From contig CP025011.1 in the NCBI GenBank assembly GCA_002952755.1, positions 120,001 to 152,000 of the forward strand: a DNA stretch of 32,000 bases, read 5' to 3'. Shown piece after piece: positions 1 through 8,569 of the stretch. Numbering within the stretch: the stretch's first letter is position 1; each line of letters begins with the position of its first letter. Made by a program: the position numbers and the translations under genes. This stretch comes from Candidatus Saccharimonadota bacterium (GTDB taxonomy: Bacteria; Patescibacteriota; Saccharimonadia; Saccharimonadales; UBA4665). The notes beneath the pieces are model-generated. The model made no database searches. It had not been told where the DNA came from and was given only the letters and a program-made list of their open reading frames with translations.

Positions 1-308
1 ATCTTGCCCAGCTTTGATTTGCCACTGGTAATTACCTGCTTGCTAAGGAGCTGAAAGTTGACACGCAGCACGTCAGTCAGGCGAACGAGCTCGCTGGCTT
101 CTACCAGTACTTCGTGATCGTTAATGACGATACCTTGCGATAGAACGTCCCGTACATCCTGGGCTACTAGGATGAGTTGTTTGCGGCTGAGACTGTCGTT
201 ACAGTAAAAGCCTTCGATCTTCAGGTTGGTTGGATTGATAATTGGCGCGATTACGGTGCCTACTTGGGTGCCAGTGCGCAGGCTTAGTAGAGGCCGATTG
301 GTGATCAT
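1..308 (-). CDS. PRC-barrel-like domain protein, N-terminal part (gene runs off the window start)
   Basis: Manual minus-strand translation from the ATG at 308-306 gives MITNRPLLSLRTGTQVGTVIAPIINPTNLKIEGFYCNDSLSRKQLILVAQDVRDVLSQGIVINDHEVLVEASELVRL... and stays open to position 1. It is absent from the ORF track because no stop lies in the window. The pattern resembles PRC-barrel modules. Confidence 0.45.
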   Translation of the reverse strand, partial: MITNRPLLSLRTGTQVGTVIAPIINPTNLKIEGFYCNDSLSRKQLILVAQDVRDVLSQGIVINDHEVLVEASELVRLTDVLRVNFQLLSKQVITSGKSKLGK

Positions 309-389
309 ACCGCTTAATTGCAACATACTTTTAGTATAGCGCGAGCGGCATTCTGCGACAAAGGCTTGTATTATCGGGGAGCTTTGCAT

Positions 390-1979
390 ATGCTCGCGAT
401 CGTGAAGCGCTTTATTGCATTTCGGCTGCTGAGTATGTTGTGTTGCACAGCGATAATTTTACTGTCGCCGCAGGCCACACATGCGGCCAATCCGCAGGGG
501 GACAATCGGAGCGGACCGGTTTTAATTACCGAATTACAAGCCGGGACTACTAGCAATGCCTCCGAGGAATTCATCGAACTCTATAATGCTTCGGGCAAAC
601 CGATAGACCTAGCCGCACAGCATTGGCGCCTGCAGTTTGCCGATTCTGCAGCAACAAGCTGGGGGAAGCCACATAGGGACATCCCGCTTGTTGGTACGCT
701 GCCAGCCAGCAGCTACGTTGTGATCGCCAGCCAGTACACTGCTAGTACCCGGTTAGTTACATATCTGCCGGATATTGCCGGGTCATGGTTTAGCGCTGGC
801 ATTGCAGCGAATGGCGGTCATGTTCGCCTAGCGTATAGCGCTGCTCGTTTAGTTGGCGGTATTTGCGCGTCTACGCTCGTTGTAGCTGATGAGTTAGAGT
901 GGAGCCAGCCCGTAGGAGGCGCACCGGCTAGGCAGTCGCTCGATGGGCGGACGGGATATCTGACTAATGCAGGTGGATTACCAGCGGGTAAAACGTTGCA
1001 ACGCGTATGGCACGGCAAAGCTTATGGCGATAGTGATAACGATCTTGCTGATTTTGTGCTCGGCACATCGACTCCGGGCGTTCGGAATAAATCGGTTACG
1101 AACGATACACTTTCGTACACCGTCACTCCCGTGATGAGTGATGCGTGCACGCCAACTCCTCCGTCCCCAGGCTCTCATCCACCTGATCCAGGATCAGGTA
1201 CACCGGTGTTACCGCCTGGTGATCAGGGGCTTGTTGCGCCGCAGCTAAGCGAGCTTTTGCCGAATCCTGCAGCGCCTGCCGCTGATGCCAACGACGAGTT
1301 TATCGAATTATATAACCCGAACAATGTCATATTTGACCTCAGTGGCTTCTCGTTGGAAACAGGCACCGCTGTCAAACATGCCTATATGTTCCCGCCGGGC
1401 ACGATCCTACCCGCGAGTGGATTTGTAGCCTTCTTCTCGCGAGTTACTAAGCTGGCACTTGCCAACAATGGTGGTCGCGCCACGCTCCTGGACCCGTTCG
1501 GTAGTGTGCTTGCTACATCCGACCCATATGGGATCGCTGCGGCAGGCCAGTCCTGGATCTTAGCCAACGGCAGCTGGCAATGGTCGTCGGCTGCGACTCC
1601 AAATGCCGCCAATGAGATTACGCCGGTATCGGCCACTTCATCTAAGAGCATGGTCGCCAACGCTCCTACCAAAAAGATTGCTGCAAAAGCGGTTATATCA
1701 CCCCGTGCTGCTGTGAAAGCTGCCAAAATAACGAAGGCAGCAGCGAAAACAAGGACTACGAAGACGCCTACGAGCCTGGCAAACACCCAGGTGACGCCGC
1801 AGACAGGTACGGGATCTACGCCGAGCGTACTTCATCCAGGGGTGCTTGCGGTAGTCGCGGTCATCGCGGTAGTATACGGTGGATATGAGTACCGTCACGA
1901 CCTGGCAAACAAGTTCTACCAGCTCCGAACAAACCGAGGCACTGGCCGAAAAAATCGGCCGGGCGCTGCAGGGCGGTGA
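390..1979 (+). CDS. Secreted, membrane-anchored protein with two lamin-tail domains (LTD)
   Basis: ORF 318..1979 has a TTG at 318. The ATG at 390 is preferred because it has a GGGGAG SD 8 nt upstream and yields a signal peptide, MLAIVKRFIAFRLLSMLCCTAIILLSPQATHA. There are two LTD-type motifs (LITELQAG..EEFIELYN and LSELLPNP..DEFIELYN) and a C-terminal TM segment, VLAVVAVIAVVYGGY. Confidence 0.75.
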   Translation: MLAIVKRFIAFRLLSMLCCTAIILLSPQATHAANPQGDNRSGPVLITELQAGTTSNASEEFIELYNASGKPIDLAAQHWRLQFADSAATSWGKPHRDIPLVGTLPASSYVVIASQYTASTRLVTYLPDIAGSWFSAGIAANGGHVRLAYSAARLVGGICASTLVVADELEWSQPVGGAPARQSLDGRTGYLTNAGGLPAGKTLQRVWHGKAYGDSDNDLADFVLGTSTPGVRNKSVTNDTLSYTVTPVMSDACTPTPPSPGSHPPDPGSGTPVLPPGDQGLVAPQLSELLPNPAAPAADANDEFIELYNPNNVIFDLSGFSLETGTAVKHAYMFPPGTILPASGFVAFFSRVTKLALANNGGRATLLDPFGSVLATSDPYGIAAAGQSWILANGSWQWSSAATPNAANEITPVSATSSKSMVANAPTKKIAAKAVISPRAAVKAAKITKAAAKTRTTKTPTSLANTQVTPQTGTGSTPSVLHPGVLAVVAVIAVVYGGYEYRHDLANKFYQLRTNRGTGRKNRPGAAGR

Positions 1980-2352
1980 GGTGATTGAGCTCGCGAGCGA
2001 CCTGGGCGGCGGCAAAACGACATTTGTCCGTGGCCTAGTGCGCGGCAGCGGCAGTGAGGACAAAGTCGCAAGCCCCACCTTCACGATTAGTAAAGTATAT
2101 GCAGCTCCTCACTTTGAGATCCATCACTTCGATTTTTATCGTCTGGTCGATCCAGGCATTATGGCTGATGAGCTTGCTGAACTGCTGGGCGATCCAAAAA
2201 TAGTTGTAATAGTGGAGTGGGCTGGTGTGGTGCACCACGTGCTGCCCAACGAACGGTTGGATATCAGTATTTCCCAAACGCCTGAAGGTGTCCGCAGGCT
2301 CACCTTTCAAGCTCCGACAGATCTGTTGTACTTAGTAGAGGCAGTACAATAA
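1885..2352 (+). CDS. tsaE: tRNA t6A37 threonylcarbamoyltransferase complex ATPase TsaE
   Basis: The protein carries a P-loop GGGKTTFVRGL plus SPTFT and HFDFYRL motifs typical of TsaE/YjeE. The track start at 1879 is GTG and the ATG is at 1885. The gene overlaps the upstream gene by about 95 nt in another frame. Confidence 0.9.
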   Translation: MSTVTTWQTSSTSSEQTEALAEKIGRALQGGEVIELASDLGGGKTTFVRGLVRGSGSEDKVASPTFTISKVYAAPHFEIHHFDFYRLVDPGIMADELAELLGDPKIVVIVEWAGVVHHVLPNERLDISISQTPEGVRRLTFQAPTDLLYLVEAVQ

Positions 2353-2744
2353 TGCTGATACTCACGCTGCGAACCGACAACCCAGAAGCCGAAATTGGCC
2401 TCTTTGAGGGCGACAAGCAGCTGAGCTATATAGTATGGGAAGCGGGCCGAGAACTATCAACCACGATGCATCAAAAAATAGAAGACATAATTCAGGCCCA
2501 AGGTAAGAGATACACTGACGTTGAGGGTATTGTGGTCTTTCAGGGTCCGGGTAGCTTTACGGGTCTGCGCATTGGTGTGACGATTGCTGATACGCTTGCC
2601 TATAGCCTCATCGTTCCTATTGTCGCTACTATGGGCGAGGACTGGATTACGGCCGGCATACAGCGTCTGCATGCTGGCGCAGATGACCGTATAGCTTTGC
2701 CGCATTATGGCGCGCCAGTACATATCACCGCGCCAAAACATTGA
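2352..2744 (+). CDS. tsaB: TsaB (YeaZ)-like protein, short 130-aa form
   Basis: It has the GPGSFTGLRIG motif. Its start overlaps the tsaE stop (TAATG). Only the N-terminal ASKHA-like half is present. Confidence 0.8.
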   Translation: MLILTLRTDNPEAEIGLFEGDKQLSYIVWEAGRELSTTMHQKIEDIIQAQGKRYTDVEGIVVFQGPGSFTGLRIGVTIADTLAYSLIVPIVATMGEDWITAGIQRLHAGADDRIALPHYGAPVHITAPKH

Positions 2745-2868
2745 GACCGGGTACGCACCTGTCTATCGATGGCGAATACCAGGCAGTTGTCCTGATTTTG
2801 ATCCGTTCGGCGGACTGAAACGAAAAAGTGATATGCCTGAGTTTGTTCAAATAGGGCAGCCTACCCCC

Positions 2869-3990
2869 TTAAGATATATCAAGCCCTTGTTTCTTCTGTA
2901 TAAGAACCTTGAATTCGCCAAGATCGCCAGGGTCGATCAGCCGCTCGGCTGTCGCTTTGGCAGCGGGCTCATGCACGAGTTGTAGGTCGAGAGCATAACC
3001 ATAGCGCAACAAGAAATCGCGCTGATACTCATAGTTTTCAGTGATCAGGTGGGCTGCGGTACCGGCACGCATAATGTCGCTAAAGTTCGCCTTGGCGGTG
3101 ATGTCGACACGCCCAGGATAGCGCAGTGCATTCCGGATGGCATAATTACGCACCTCAGGTCCTCCTTCAAAGATGGCGTACGCAGCAAAATTGTCACCAT
3201 GTGCCGCAAGTAACTCTGCCGTATTCCCATAGTCGATAGTAAGCACGAAGCCCTCGTGCAGGATACGCCCCACTTCTTCCATCCAGGCGAATAGCATCGG
3301 CTGCACAGGCATTTCGATCCCTTCTTGCATGATGTCTTCGTAGTACAATGGATCGATCTCTGGGGAGACATCAGCTTCTACTTCGACCAACGTACCGGTT
3401 TGATCGACGTCAACGTATATTTCCCGTAGCTGCCCACGGCGTTTGATGAGCCGATGGGGTGGGAAGCTGTCGCTGAGCTCGTTGGAGATGACTACACCCG
3501 TGACACTGTTGGTCGCCAAACCGGTATCTGTTGCAGATACACCGGTCCAGGAGATTTTGTAGTCTTTGAGCATTGTCTGCTGGCGTTTTTTTAGGTCTGC
3601 GCTGAGTTCGACAATAATGTAGTCAAGGGCAGCGCCAAATTCGGTAGGCTGCTCACGCTGTATCGCTGTTAGAATGTCGCGAGCCCAGGTACCATTACCC
3701 GCGCCCATTTCTATAACCGTAAAGCGCTTGGGGCGATGTAGCTCTTCCCACATGTCACGCAAGGCGCGGGCTGTGGCATTTCCGAATAGTGGGCTCAGCT
3801 CTGGACTGGTGGTGAAATCTTCGGTCTGATTGCCGATGGTTACATGACCTTTTGCGTAGTAGCCGTAATGGGGGTCGTAGAGGCATAGCCGCGTGAATTC
3901 AGCAAAGGTAAGAGGTGTGCCACGCTTGCGGATGACCGTAGCGATTTCATGCAACGCCGAGGGATGGGGCCGGGGGTGGGGCTTGCTCAT
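2869..3990 (-). CDS. SAM-dependent methyltransferase, MidA/NDUFAF7 (DUF185, COG1565)-like
   Basis: It has an FTTSPELSPLFG motif and a VIEMGAGNGTWARDIL SAM-binding loop. The track start at 4008 is TTG. The ATG at 3990 is preceded by TACAGT-N6. Confidence 0.65.
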   Translation of the reverse strand: MSKPHPRPHPSALHEIATVIRKRGTPLTFAEFTRLCLYDPHYGYYAKGHVTIGNQTEDFTTSPELSPLFGNATARALRDMWEELHRPKRFTVIEMGAGNGTWARDILTAIQREQPTEFGAALDYIIVELSADLKKRQQTMLKDYKISWTGVSATDTGLATNSVTGVVISNELSDSFPPHRLIKRRGQLREIYVDVDQTGTLVEVEADVSPEIDPLYYEDIMQEGIEMPVQPMLFAWMEEVGRILHEGFVLTIDYGNTAELLAAHGDNFAAYAIFEGGPEVRNYAIRNALRYPGRVDITAKANFSDIMRAGTAAHLITENYEYQRDFLLRYGYALDLQLVHEPAAKATAERLIDPGDLGEFKVLIQKKQGLDIS

Positions 3991-4052
3991 AGATATACTG
4001 TACAGCAAGTAGCCAGGCGTGTGCTTTTTACCAGCGCGGATATGGCAAAACG

Positions 4053-4082
4053 TTGACCGGCGGGCAATTTCTAGCGTATAGT
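4053..4082 (+). promoter_or_regulatory. Candidate sigma70-type promoter for rny (TTGACC-N18-TATAGT) with a ~135-nt leader
   Basis: Hexamers were read at 4053-4058 and 4077-4082, and no other ORF lies before 4226. Confidence 0.35.
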
Positions 4083-4225
4083 TTTACATAAGGATTTGCC
4101 TGAATCGTCTAGCATATCCCACTTCACCATTTTTAAATTTCATTCGATTTCCAGATCAGTTACCTAGAGCTAGAGAAGTGATAGCGATTGCTTTAGCACT
4201 ATCTGTACGATAGAAAGGACATGTT

Positions 4226-5740
4226 ATGGACCCAATCACCATAGTGCTCGCTGTGGCGGGCCTTGCCGTTGGCTTTGGCGCCAACACCGTTATTACGAAG
4301 CAGCGCGTCGGTTCAGCACAAGAACAAGCCGATAAAGAATTGAGTAAGGCCAAGCGCGAAGCCTCCAAGCTGGTAGAAACCGCCCGTGAGGAAGCCGGCA
4401 AATTAACCGACGAAAATCGCAAAGAAGAGCAAGCTCGACGCCGCGAACTCAAAGACCTTGAGCAGCGTTTAGTGTCCCGCGAAGAAACACTCGATAAAAA
4501 GCTAGACGAGCTCGACAAGCGCACCGAAAGACTGCGCGCGTCCGAAAGCGAAGTAGAGGGCCTAAAGGATGAAATCCGCGAAATCCGTAAAAAACAGCAA
4601 GATAAGCTCGAAAAAGTTGCTGGTCTTACGAAGGAAGATGCCGCCAGCAAGCTGATGCAAATGACCGAACGCGACATCAAGCACGACCTCACCGGCATGA
4701 TTGCCAAAATGCAGAACGAAGCCAAAGACAATGCCGAGGAGCAGGCTGGTCTGATTATCGTCACTGCCATGGAGCGTATGGCCAGCGAGGTGACCGCAGA
4801 GCGTACCGTTACCAGTGTCAAGCTTGAAGACGAAGAGATGAAGGGGCGCATCATCGGCAAAGAAGGCCGCAATATTCAGGCCCTGCAGCGCGCAACCGGC
4901 GTCGACATTATGGTCGACGACACCCCTGGCTACATCGTACTGAGCAGCTTCGATCCAGTTCGCCGTGAGACTGCCCGTCAGGCCCTTGAGATGCTCATGA
5001 AAGATGGCCGCATCCACCCCGGCCGCATCGAAGAAGTCGTCGAAAAAGCACAGAAAAATGTCGAGAAAGACATCGTGAGAGCCGGCGAAGATGCTGCCCG
5101 CGAGGTCGGCGTCATTGGCATTCCGAAGGAGATTTTGCATCTGCTTGGTGAGTTACGCTATCGCACCAGCTACGGCCAGAATGTGCTCAAGCACTCCACC
5201 GAAATGGCTCACATGGCTGGCATTATTGCCGAAGAGGTCGGTGCCAATGTGAAGGTCGCTAAATATGCCGCGCTGGTACATGATCTTGGCAAGGCACTGA
5301 CACACAAGATGGAGGGCAAGCATCATCATATCAGCGGCGAAATCCTGCGCAAATACGGCGCCCCGGAGGCGGTAGCGCTAGCGGCCGAACAGCACCACGA
5401 CGATGTCGAAGCTACCAGCACCGAGGCCTTGATCATACGGGTAGTAGATGCTATTTCTGCTTCGCGACCAGGTGCCCGCAATATCAGCGCCGAAAACTTT
5501 GTGGAACGCATGAAAGAGCTGGAGAACGTGGCTAACAGTTTCAACGGTATCGAGAAATCGTACGCCATTAGCGCTGGACGCGAAGTGCGTATCTTTGTAA
5601 AACCGCAAGCTATTGACGACTTGGCGGCTATCAAACTGGCCCGTGACATTGCCACCAAGATCGAGTCAACCATGCAATATCCTGGTACGATCAAGGTGAA
5701 TGTTATCCGCGAGACGCGCGCTATCGAATTTGCTAAATAG
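4226..5740 (+). CDS. rny: Ribonuclease Y
   Basis: It has an N-terminal TM helix, a long charged coiled-coil region, a KH domain (GRIIGKEGRNIQALQRATGVDIMVDD) and an HD domain (HSTEMAHMAGIIAEE..LVHDLGKA). The SD is GAAAGGA. Confidence 0.95.
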   Translation: MDPITIVLAVAGLAVGFGANTVITKQRVGSAQEQADKELSKAKREASKLVETAREEAGKLTDENRKEEQARRRELKDLEQRLVSREETLDKKLDELDKRTERLRASESEVEGLKDEIREIRKKQQDKLEKVAGLTKEDAASKLMQMTERDIKHDLTGMIAKMQNEAKDNAEEQAGLIIVTAMERMASEVTAERTVTSVKLEDEEMKGRIIGKEGRNIQALQRATGVDIMVDDTPGYIVLSSFDPVRRETARQALEMLMKDGRIHPGRIEEVVEKAQKNVEKDIVRAGEDAAREVGVIGIPKEILHLLGELRYRTSYGQNVLKHSTEMAHMAGIIAEEVGANVKVAKYAALVHDLGKALTHKMEGKHHHISGEILRKYGAPEAVALAAEQHHDDVEATSTEALIIRVVDAISASRPGARNISAENFVERMKELENVANSFNGIEKSYAISAGREVRIFVKPQAIDDLAAIKLARDIATKIESTMQYPGTIKVNVIRETRAIEFAK

Positions 5741-5816
5741 GCAAGGGGGTGGGCACTTTAAAAGAGTACGACGCCTATCTATTTGACTGGGATAGAACAA
5801 TTGGGATAGGGGAGCT

Positions 5817-6485
5817 ATGAAAAATGTCTTTTTATTTGGAGCGAGTACCACGCACGGGGTCGGTGGACCGCGCGGCGGCTGGGCCGATAAACTCAAGGCC
5901 GGATTGCACCGCGATTTGTATGGCGAGGACGCTGCAGGCGAATGTTGTGAAGTGTATGAATTAGGCGTCCCCGGTACGAACTCGGCAGATTTGCTTGAGC
6001 GATTTGAGTCTGAGATCCATGCCCGTTTGATCGGTCAGACCAGCCCAGAAGATACAATTATCGTTATGCAAATTGGCATGAACGACTCTAAGGCGGTGGG
6101 CACTCCTGATGGATTCGTAACCACGCCCGAAGCATTCAGCCAAACGGCGAACTATTTGTTTGATATCGCCAAGAAATGCAGCACTCACGTTGTGGCACTT
6201 GGCCTCACGCCAGTTGACGAACGAAAGGTGACACCCAAGATTAATCCATTAACCGGGAATAAGTCGTACTTCTCGAACGACCGCATCGAGGCTTTTGATG
6301 TAGCAGTGCAAGAGGTGTGTCTGGCCTCCGGGGCGACATTTGTCCCATTATTCGCGGCCGTGCCGGATACCTGGGCGGATCGGTATTTATTTACCGATGG
6401 CATTCACCCCAGCGACCAAGGGCACGAGTGGATTCGTTCCCAAGTCGAACCCGAAGTCCGCAAGGCCTTAGGGCCGCTCGCTTGA
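5817..6485 (+). CDS. SGNH/GDSL-family hydrolase
   Basis: Block I is VFLFGASTTHG, block III is GMNDS and block V is DGIHPSDQGH. An AGGGGAG SD lies upstream. Confidence 0.8.
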   Translation: MKNVFLFGASTTHGVGGPRGGWADKLKAGLHRDLYGEDAAGECCEVYELGVPGTNSADLLERFESEIHARLIGQTSPEDTIIVMQIGMNDSKAVGTPDGFVTTPEAFSQTANYLFDIAKKCSTHVVALGLTPVDERKVTPKINPLTGNKSYFSNDRIEAFDVAVQEVCLASGATFVPLFAAVPDTWADRYLFTDGIHPSDQGHEWIRSQVEPEVRKALGPLA

Positions 6486-6590
6486 TCAACTCTAAAAGAC
6501 GCACACCGTCGAGTAGAGCGTTTATATTGGCCCCCCAGGGTTCGGCTATCACTGAGTACCAAATACGTTAGATAAGTGAGCATAAGAAGC

Positions 6591-6619
6591 TTGACAGCGG
6601 CTATATATGTATATACAAT
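6591..6619 (+). promoter_or_regulatory. Near-consensus promoter TTGACA-N17-TACAAT for the vapBC operon, overlapping AT-rich palindromic sequence (GTATATAC)
   Basis: The -35 TTGACA is at 6591-6596 and the -10 TACAAT is at 6614-6619, 10 nt before the ATG at 6630. The palindrome inside the spacer is a plausible autoregulation operator. Confidence 0.55.
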
Positions 6620-6629
6620 AATAGATATT

Positions 6630-6893
6630 ATGAATACGTACACCGCTACCGTTATCAAAACCGGCAACTCGGTTGCTTTGCGCGTCCCCAAAGAGTACGC
6701 TGTTGACGCCCGTCTGGCACTTGGCGACAAGGTACTCTTGCCCTTGCCGAGCAAAAAAAAGAAACAGGATCGCGCAAAAATCGTTCGCATAGTTGCGAAG
6801 TTGCAGGAGCTTCATGCATACGCTGCTATTGAGAACCCTGTTGCCTGGCAGCACGAGCTACGTGAAGATCGTAAGCTTCCAGGCAGAGAGTAA
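6630..6893 (+). CDS. vapB: AbrB/SpoVT/MazE-fold antitoxin (VapB-like)
   Basis: MNTYTATVIKTGNSVALRVPKEY is a typical swapped-hairpin antitoxin N-terminus. The gene lies immediately upstream of the PIN toxin. The track ORF starts at 6576, but the ATG at 6630 fits the promoter better. Confidence 0.75.
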   Translation: MNTYTATVIKTGNSVALRVPKEYAVDARLALGDKVLLPLPSKKKKQDRAKIVRIVAKLQELHAYAAIENPVAWQHELREDRKLPGRE

Positions 6894-6898
6894 GCTCC

Positions 6899-7261
6899 AT
6901 GATAGTACTTGATACGAACATTTTTATCTACCTCGCTAACGGAACTCTGGATATTCAAAAGGTGAAGAATACGGATTTAGCTTTTCCGAGTATTGTTAAA
7001 GTCGAGGCGTTGGGTTATGCGCAGATTACCGTTGCCGAACAAAGCTATCTGGAAGCTTTATTCGCCGAGTGCCAGCAACTTGATCTTGAGGAGTCGATTC
7101 TCCAACGTGCTATTCGATTGCGACAACAGAAGAGAATGAGTCTGGGCGATTCCATTGTCGCCGCTTCCACCCTGGAATACGATTGCGCACTATGGACAGT
7201 AAACGAAGATGACTACGCCCATATTGAGGGATTACGCATCCACAATCCGCTAAAAGGCTAA
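6899..7261 (+). CDS. vapC: PIN-domain ribonuclease toxin VapC
   Basis: It has the MIVLDTNIFIYL N-terminus, with acidic residues and GDSIVAAS and TVNEDDY motifs typical of PIN domains. It starts 5 nt after the vapB stop. Confidence 0.85.
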   Translation: MIVLDTNIFIYLANGTLDIQKVKNTDLAFPSIVKVEALGYAQITVAEQSYLEALFAECQQLDLEESILQRAIRLRQQKRMSLGDSIVAASTLEYDCALWTVNEDDYAHIEGLRIHNPLKG

Positions 7262-7374
7262 AGCTATATGCGGGCTTGTTTCGAGATCGCAGCCTATCTC
7301 AAGATACACGGTTGTTCACTGAAAGTGATCTCGCTATCTGTAAATAAATGGCTATTGGTACTACAATACATGAC

Positions 7375-8181
7375 ATGCACATTCTGTATATCGGTGATGT
7401 CATGGGAGAGTCCGGCATGCAGGTGGTGGAGCGGCTGTTGCCGGGCTTACGCCGGGAGCATAGCCTGGATTTGGTCATCGCGCAGGCCGAAAATCTGTCA
7501 GATGGTAAAGGAATCCGACTACAAGATTTTACGCGCATGCAAGCCGCTGGGGTTAATTTCTTTACTGGCGGCAACCATACCGCCTACCGCGACGAGATTT
7601 TCCCCTATCTGAACAGCCCACAGCAGCCAATTATCCGGCCGGCAAATTACCCTAAAGGTACAGTCGGCTTGGGCTATAAATATATTGATACCCAAAAAGG
7701 CAAAGTGTTGGTAGTGAGCTTGCTGGGGCAGATTGTGGGCAAGGACGCCTCGTTGCCGCTCGATAACCCGCTTAAAGTGATCGACTCTATTTTAGAAGCT
7801 GAAAAAGATGTTCCAAGGGCGGCGACTATCGTCAATTTCCATGGTGATTTTAGTAGTGAGAAGCGTATCATCGGCTACTATCTTGATGGCCGGGCAACAC
7901 TGGTGGTGGGCGATCACTGGCACGTTCCCACGGCCGATGCCGATGTGCTGCCAAAGGGCACGGCGCACCAAACTGATGTGGGGATGTGCGGCTCGCTCGA
8001 TTCATCTCTCGGCGTGCGTTTTAGCACCCTCATTCCACGCTGGCGTGACGGCACGGTGACACGTAATATTCTGGAAACGGATGGCCGTATGCAGTTCAAC
8101 GCCTTGCTGGTAGAATCGGATGACGTGACCGGCCGGGCCCGTTCAGTAAAAGCCATTCAGCGAATTTTGCCCTCCCTGTAG
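7375..8181 (+). CDS. ymdB: YmdB-like metallophosphoesterase (TIGR00282 family)
   Basis: The sequence MHILYIGDVMG..AENLSDGKG..GGNHT..RPANYP..NFHGDFSSEK..GDHWHVPTAD..TDVGMCG matches the family. TACAAT lies 7 nt upstream of the ATG at 7375, and an alternative ATG is at 7348. Confidence 0.88.
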   Translation: MHILYIGDVMGESGMQVVERLLPGLRREHSLDLVIAQAENLSDGKGIRLQDFTRMQAAGVNFFTGGNHTAYRDEIFPYLNSPQQPIIRPANYPKGTVGLGYKYIDTQKGKVLVVSLLGQIVGKDASLPLDNPLKVIDSILEAEKDVPRAATIVNFHGDFSSEKRIIGYYLDGRATLVVGDHWHVPTADADVLPKGTAHQTDVGMCGSLDSSLGVRFSTLIPRWRDGTVTRNILETDGRMQFNALLVESDDVTGRARSVKAIQRILPSL

Positions 8182-8198
8182 CAAACATCTCTGTTATT

Positions 8199-8207
8199 TG
8201 CTATACT
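8199..8207 (+). promoter_or_regulatory. Extended -10 promoter (TGcTATACT) for tRNA-Pro
   Basis: The motif was read directly and ends 13 nt before the tRNA 5' end. Confidence 0.5.
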
Positions 8208-8220
8208 CGTCTCATCGCCA

Positions 8221-8296
8221 CGGGGTGTGGCGCAGTTGGTAGCGCGCCTGGTTTGGGACCAGGAGGTCGAAGGTTCGAGTCCTTTCACCCCGACCA
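8221..8296 (+). tRNA. tRNA-Pro (anticodon TGG), CCA encoded
   Basis: Manual cloverleaf: acceptor CGGGGTG/CACCCCG, anticodon arm CCTGG-TTTGGGA-CCAGG, T arm GAAGG-TTCGAGT-CCTTT. Confidence 0.93.
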
Positions 8297-8383
8297 ATGT
8301 GATACATGCACTATATATCTTCCACTTCGCCAAGGAACTTTGGTTATACTGTCAGCTATTTTCTTTGCACCGTGTGGCTGAAA

Positions 8384-8459
8384 CGGGGTGTGGCGCAGTT
8401 GGTAGCGCGCAGCGTTCGGGACGCTGAGGTCGAAGGTTCGAGTCCTTTCACCCCGACCA
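8384..8459 (+). tRNA. tRNA-Pro (anticodon CGG), CCA encoded
   Basis: The sequence is identical to the first tRNA-Pro except for the anticodon arm, CAGCG-TTCGGGA-CGCTG. Confidence 0.93.
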
Positions 8460-8476
8460 GATCGGTAATGTTGGAA

Positions 8477-8505
8477 CCCGCGACCTTCGGTGCCGCGGGT
8501 TTTTG
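8477..8505 (+). terminator. Rho-independent terminator after the tRNA-Pro pair
   Basis: A GC-rich stem CCCGCG(A)CC / GGTGCCGCGGG with a TTCG loop is followed by TTTTTGTT. Confidence 0.7.
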
Positions 8506-8569
8506 TTATATGCCTTTTTGTGTTTTACCTCAATTACTGCAATGTAGTGTATCTATTTAAGGACATGTT

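Noticed and set aside
1780-1880. The VTPQTG sequence before the C-terminal TM segment of the LTD protein was considered as a variant sortase sorting motif.
   Set aside because: It does not match the LPXTG or LAXTG consensus. It lies 11 residues before the hydrophobic segment, and the tail is unusually long (30 aa). A plain C-terminal TM anchor is the simpler reading.
4215-4228. An identical 14-mer, AAGGACATGTTATG, occurs at the rny start (4215-4228) and at the start of the hypothetical gene at 8570 (8559-8572).
   Set aside because: About two chance 14-mer repeats are expected in 32 kb. Both copies simply consist of an SD, a spacer and an ATG, and I see no evidence of shared regulation.
4156-4872. 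A 238-aa ORF lies antisense to rny and is Ser/Arg/Leu-rich.
   Set aside because: It is a low-complexity mirror of the Glu/Lys/Ala-rich coiled-coil region of RNase Y. The plus-strand gene has unambiguous KH and HD motifs, and the antisense ORF has no start context.
7268-7612. A 114-aa ORF lies upstream of, and overlapping, ymdB.
   Set aside because: It is out of frame with the strongly supported YmdB homologue and is Cys/Trp-rich with no motif.
8227-8560. ORFs of 66 aa and 84 aa cover the tRNA-Pro genes, and a 72-aa ORF at 19753..19971 covers tRNA-Arg.
   Set aside because: They are translations of tRNA sequence (for example EVEGSSPFTPT from the T arm) and are not coding.
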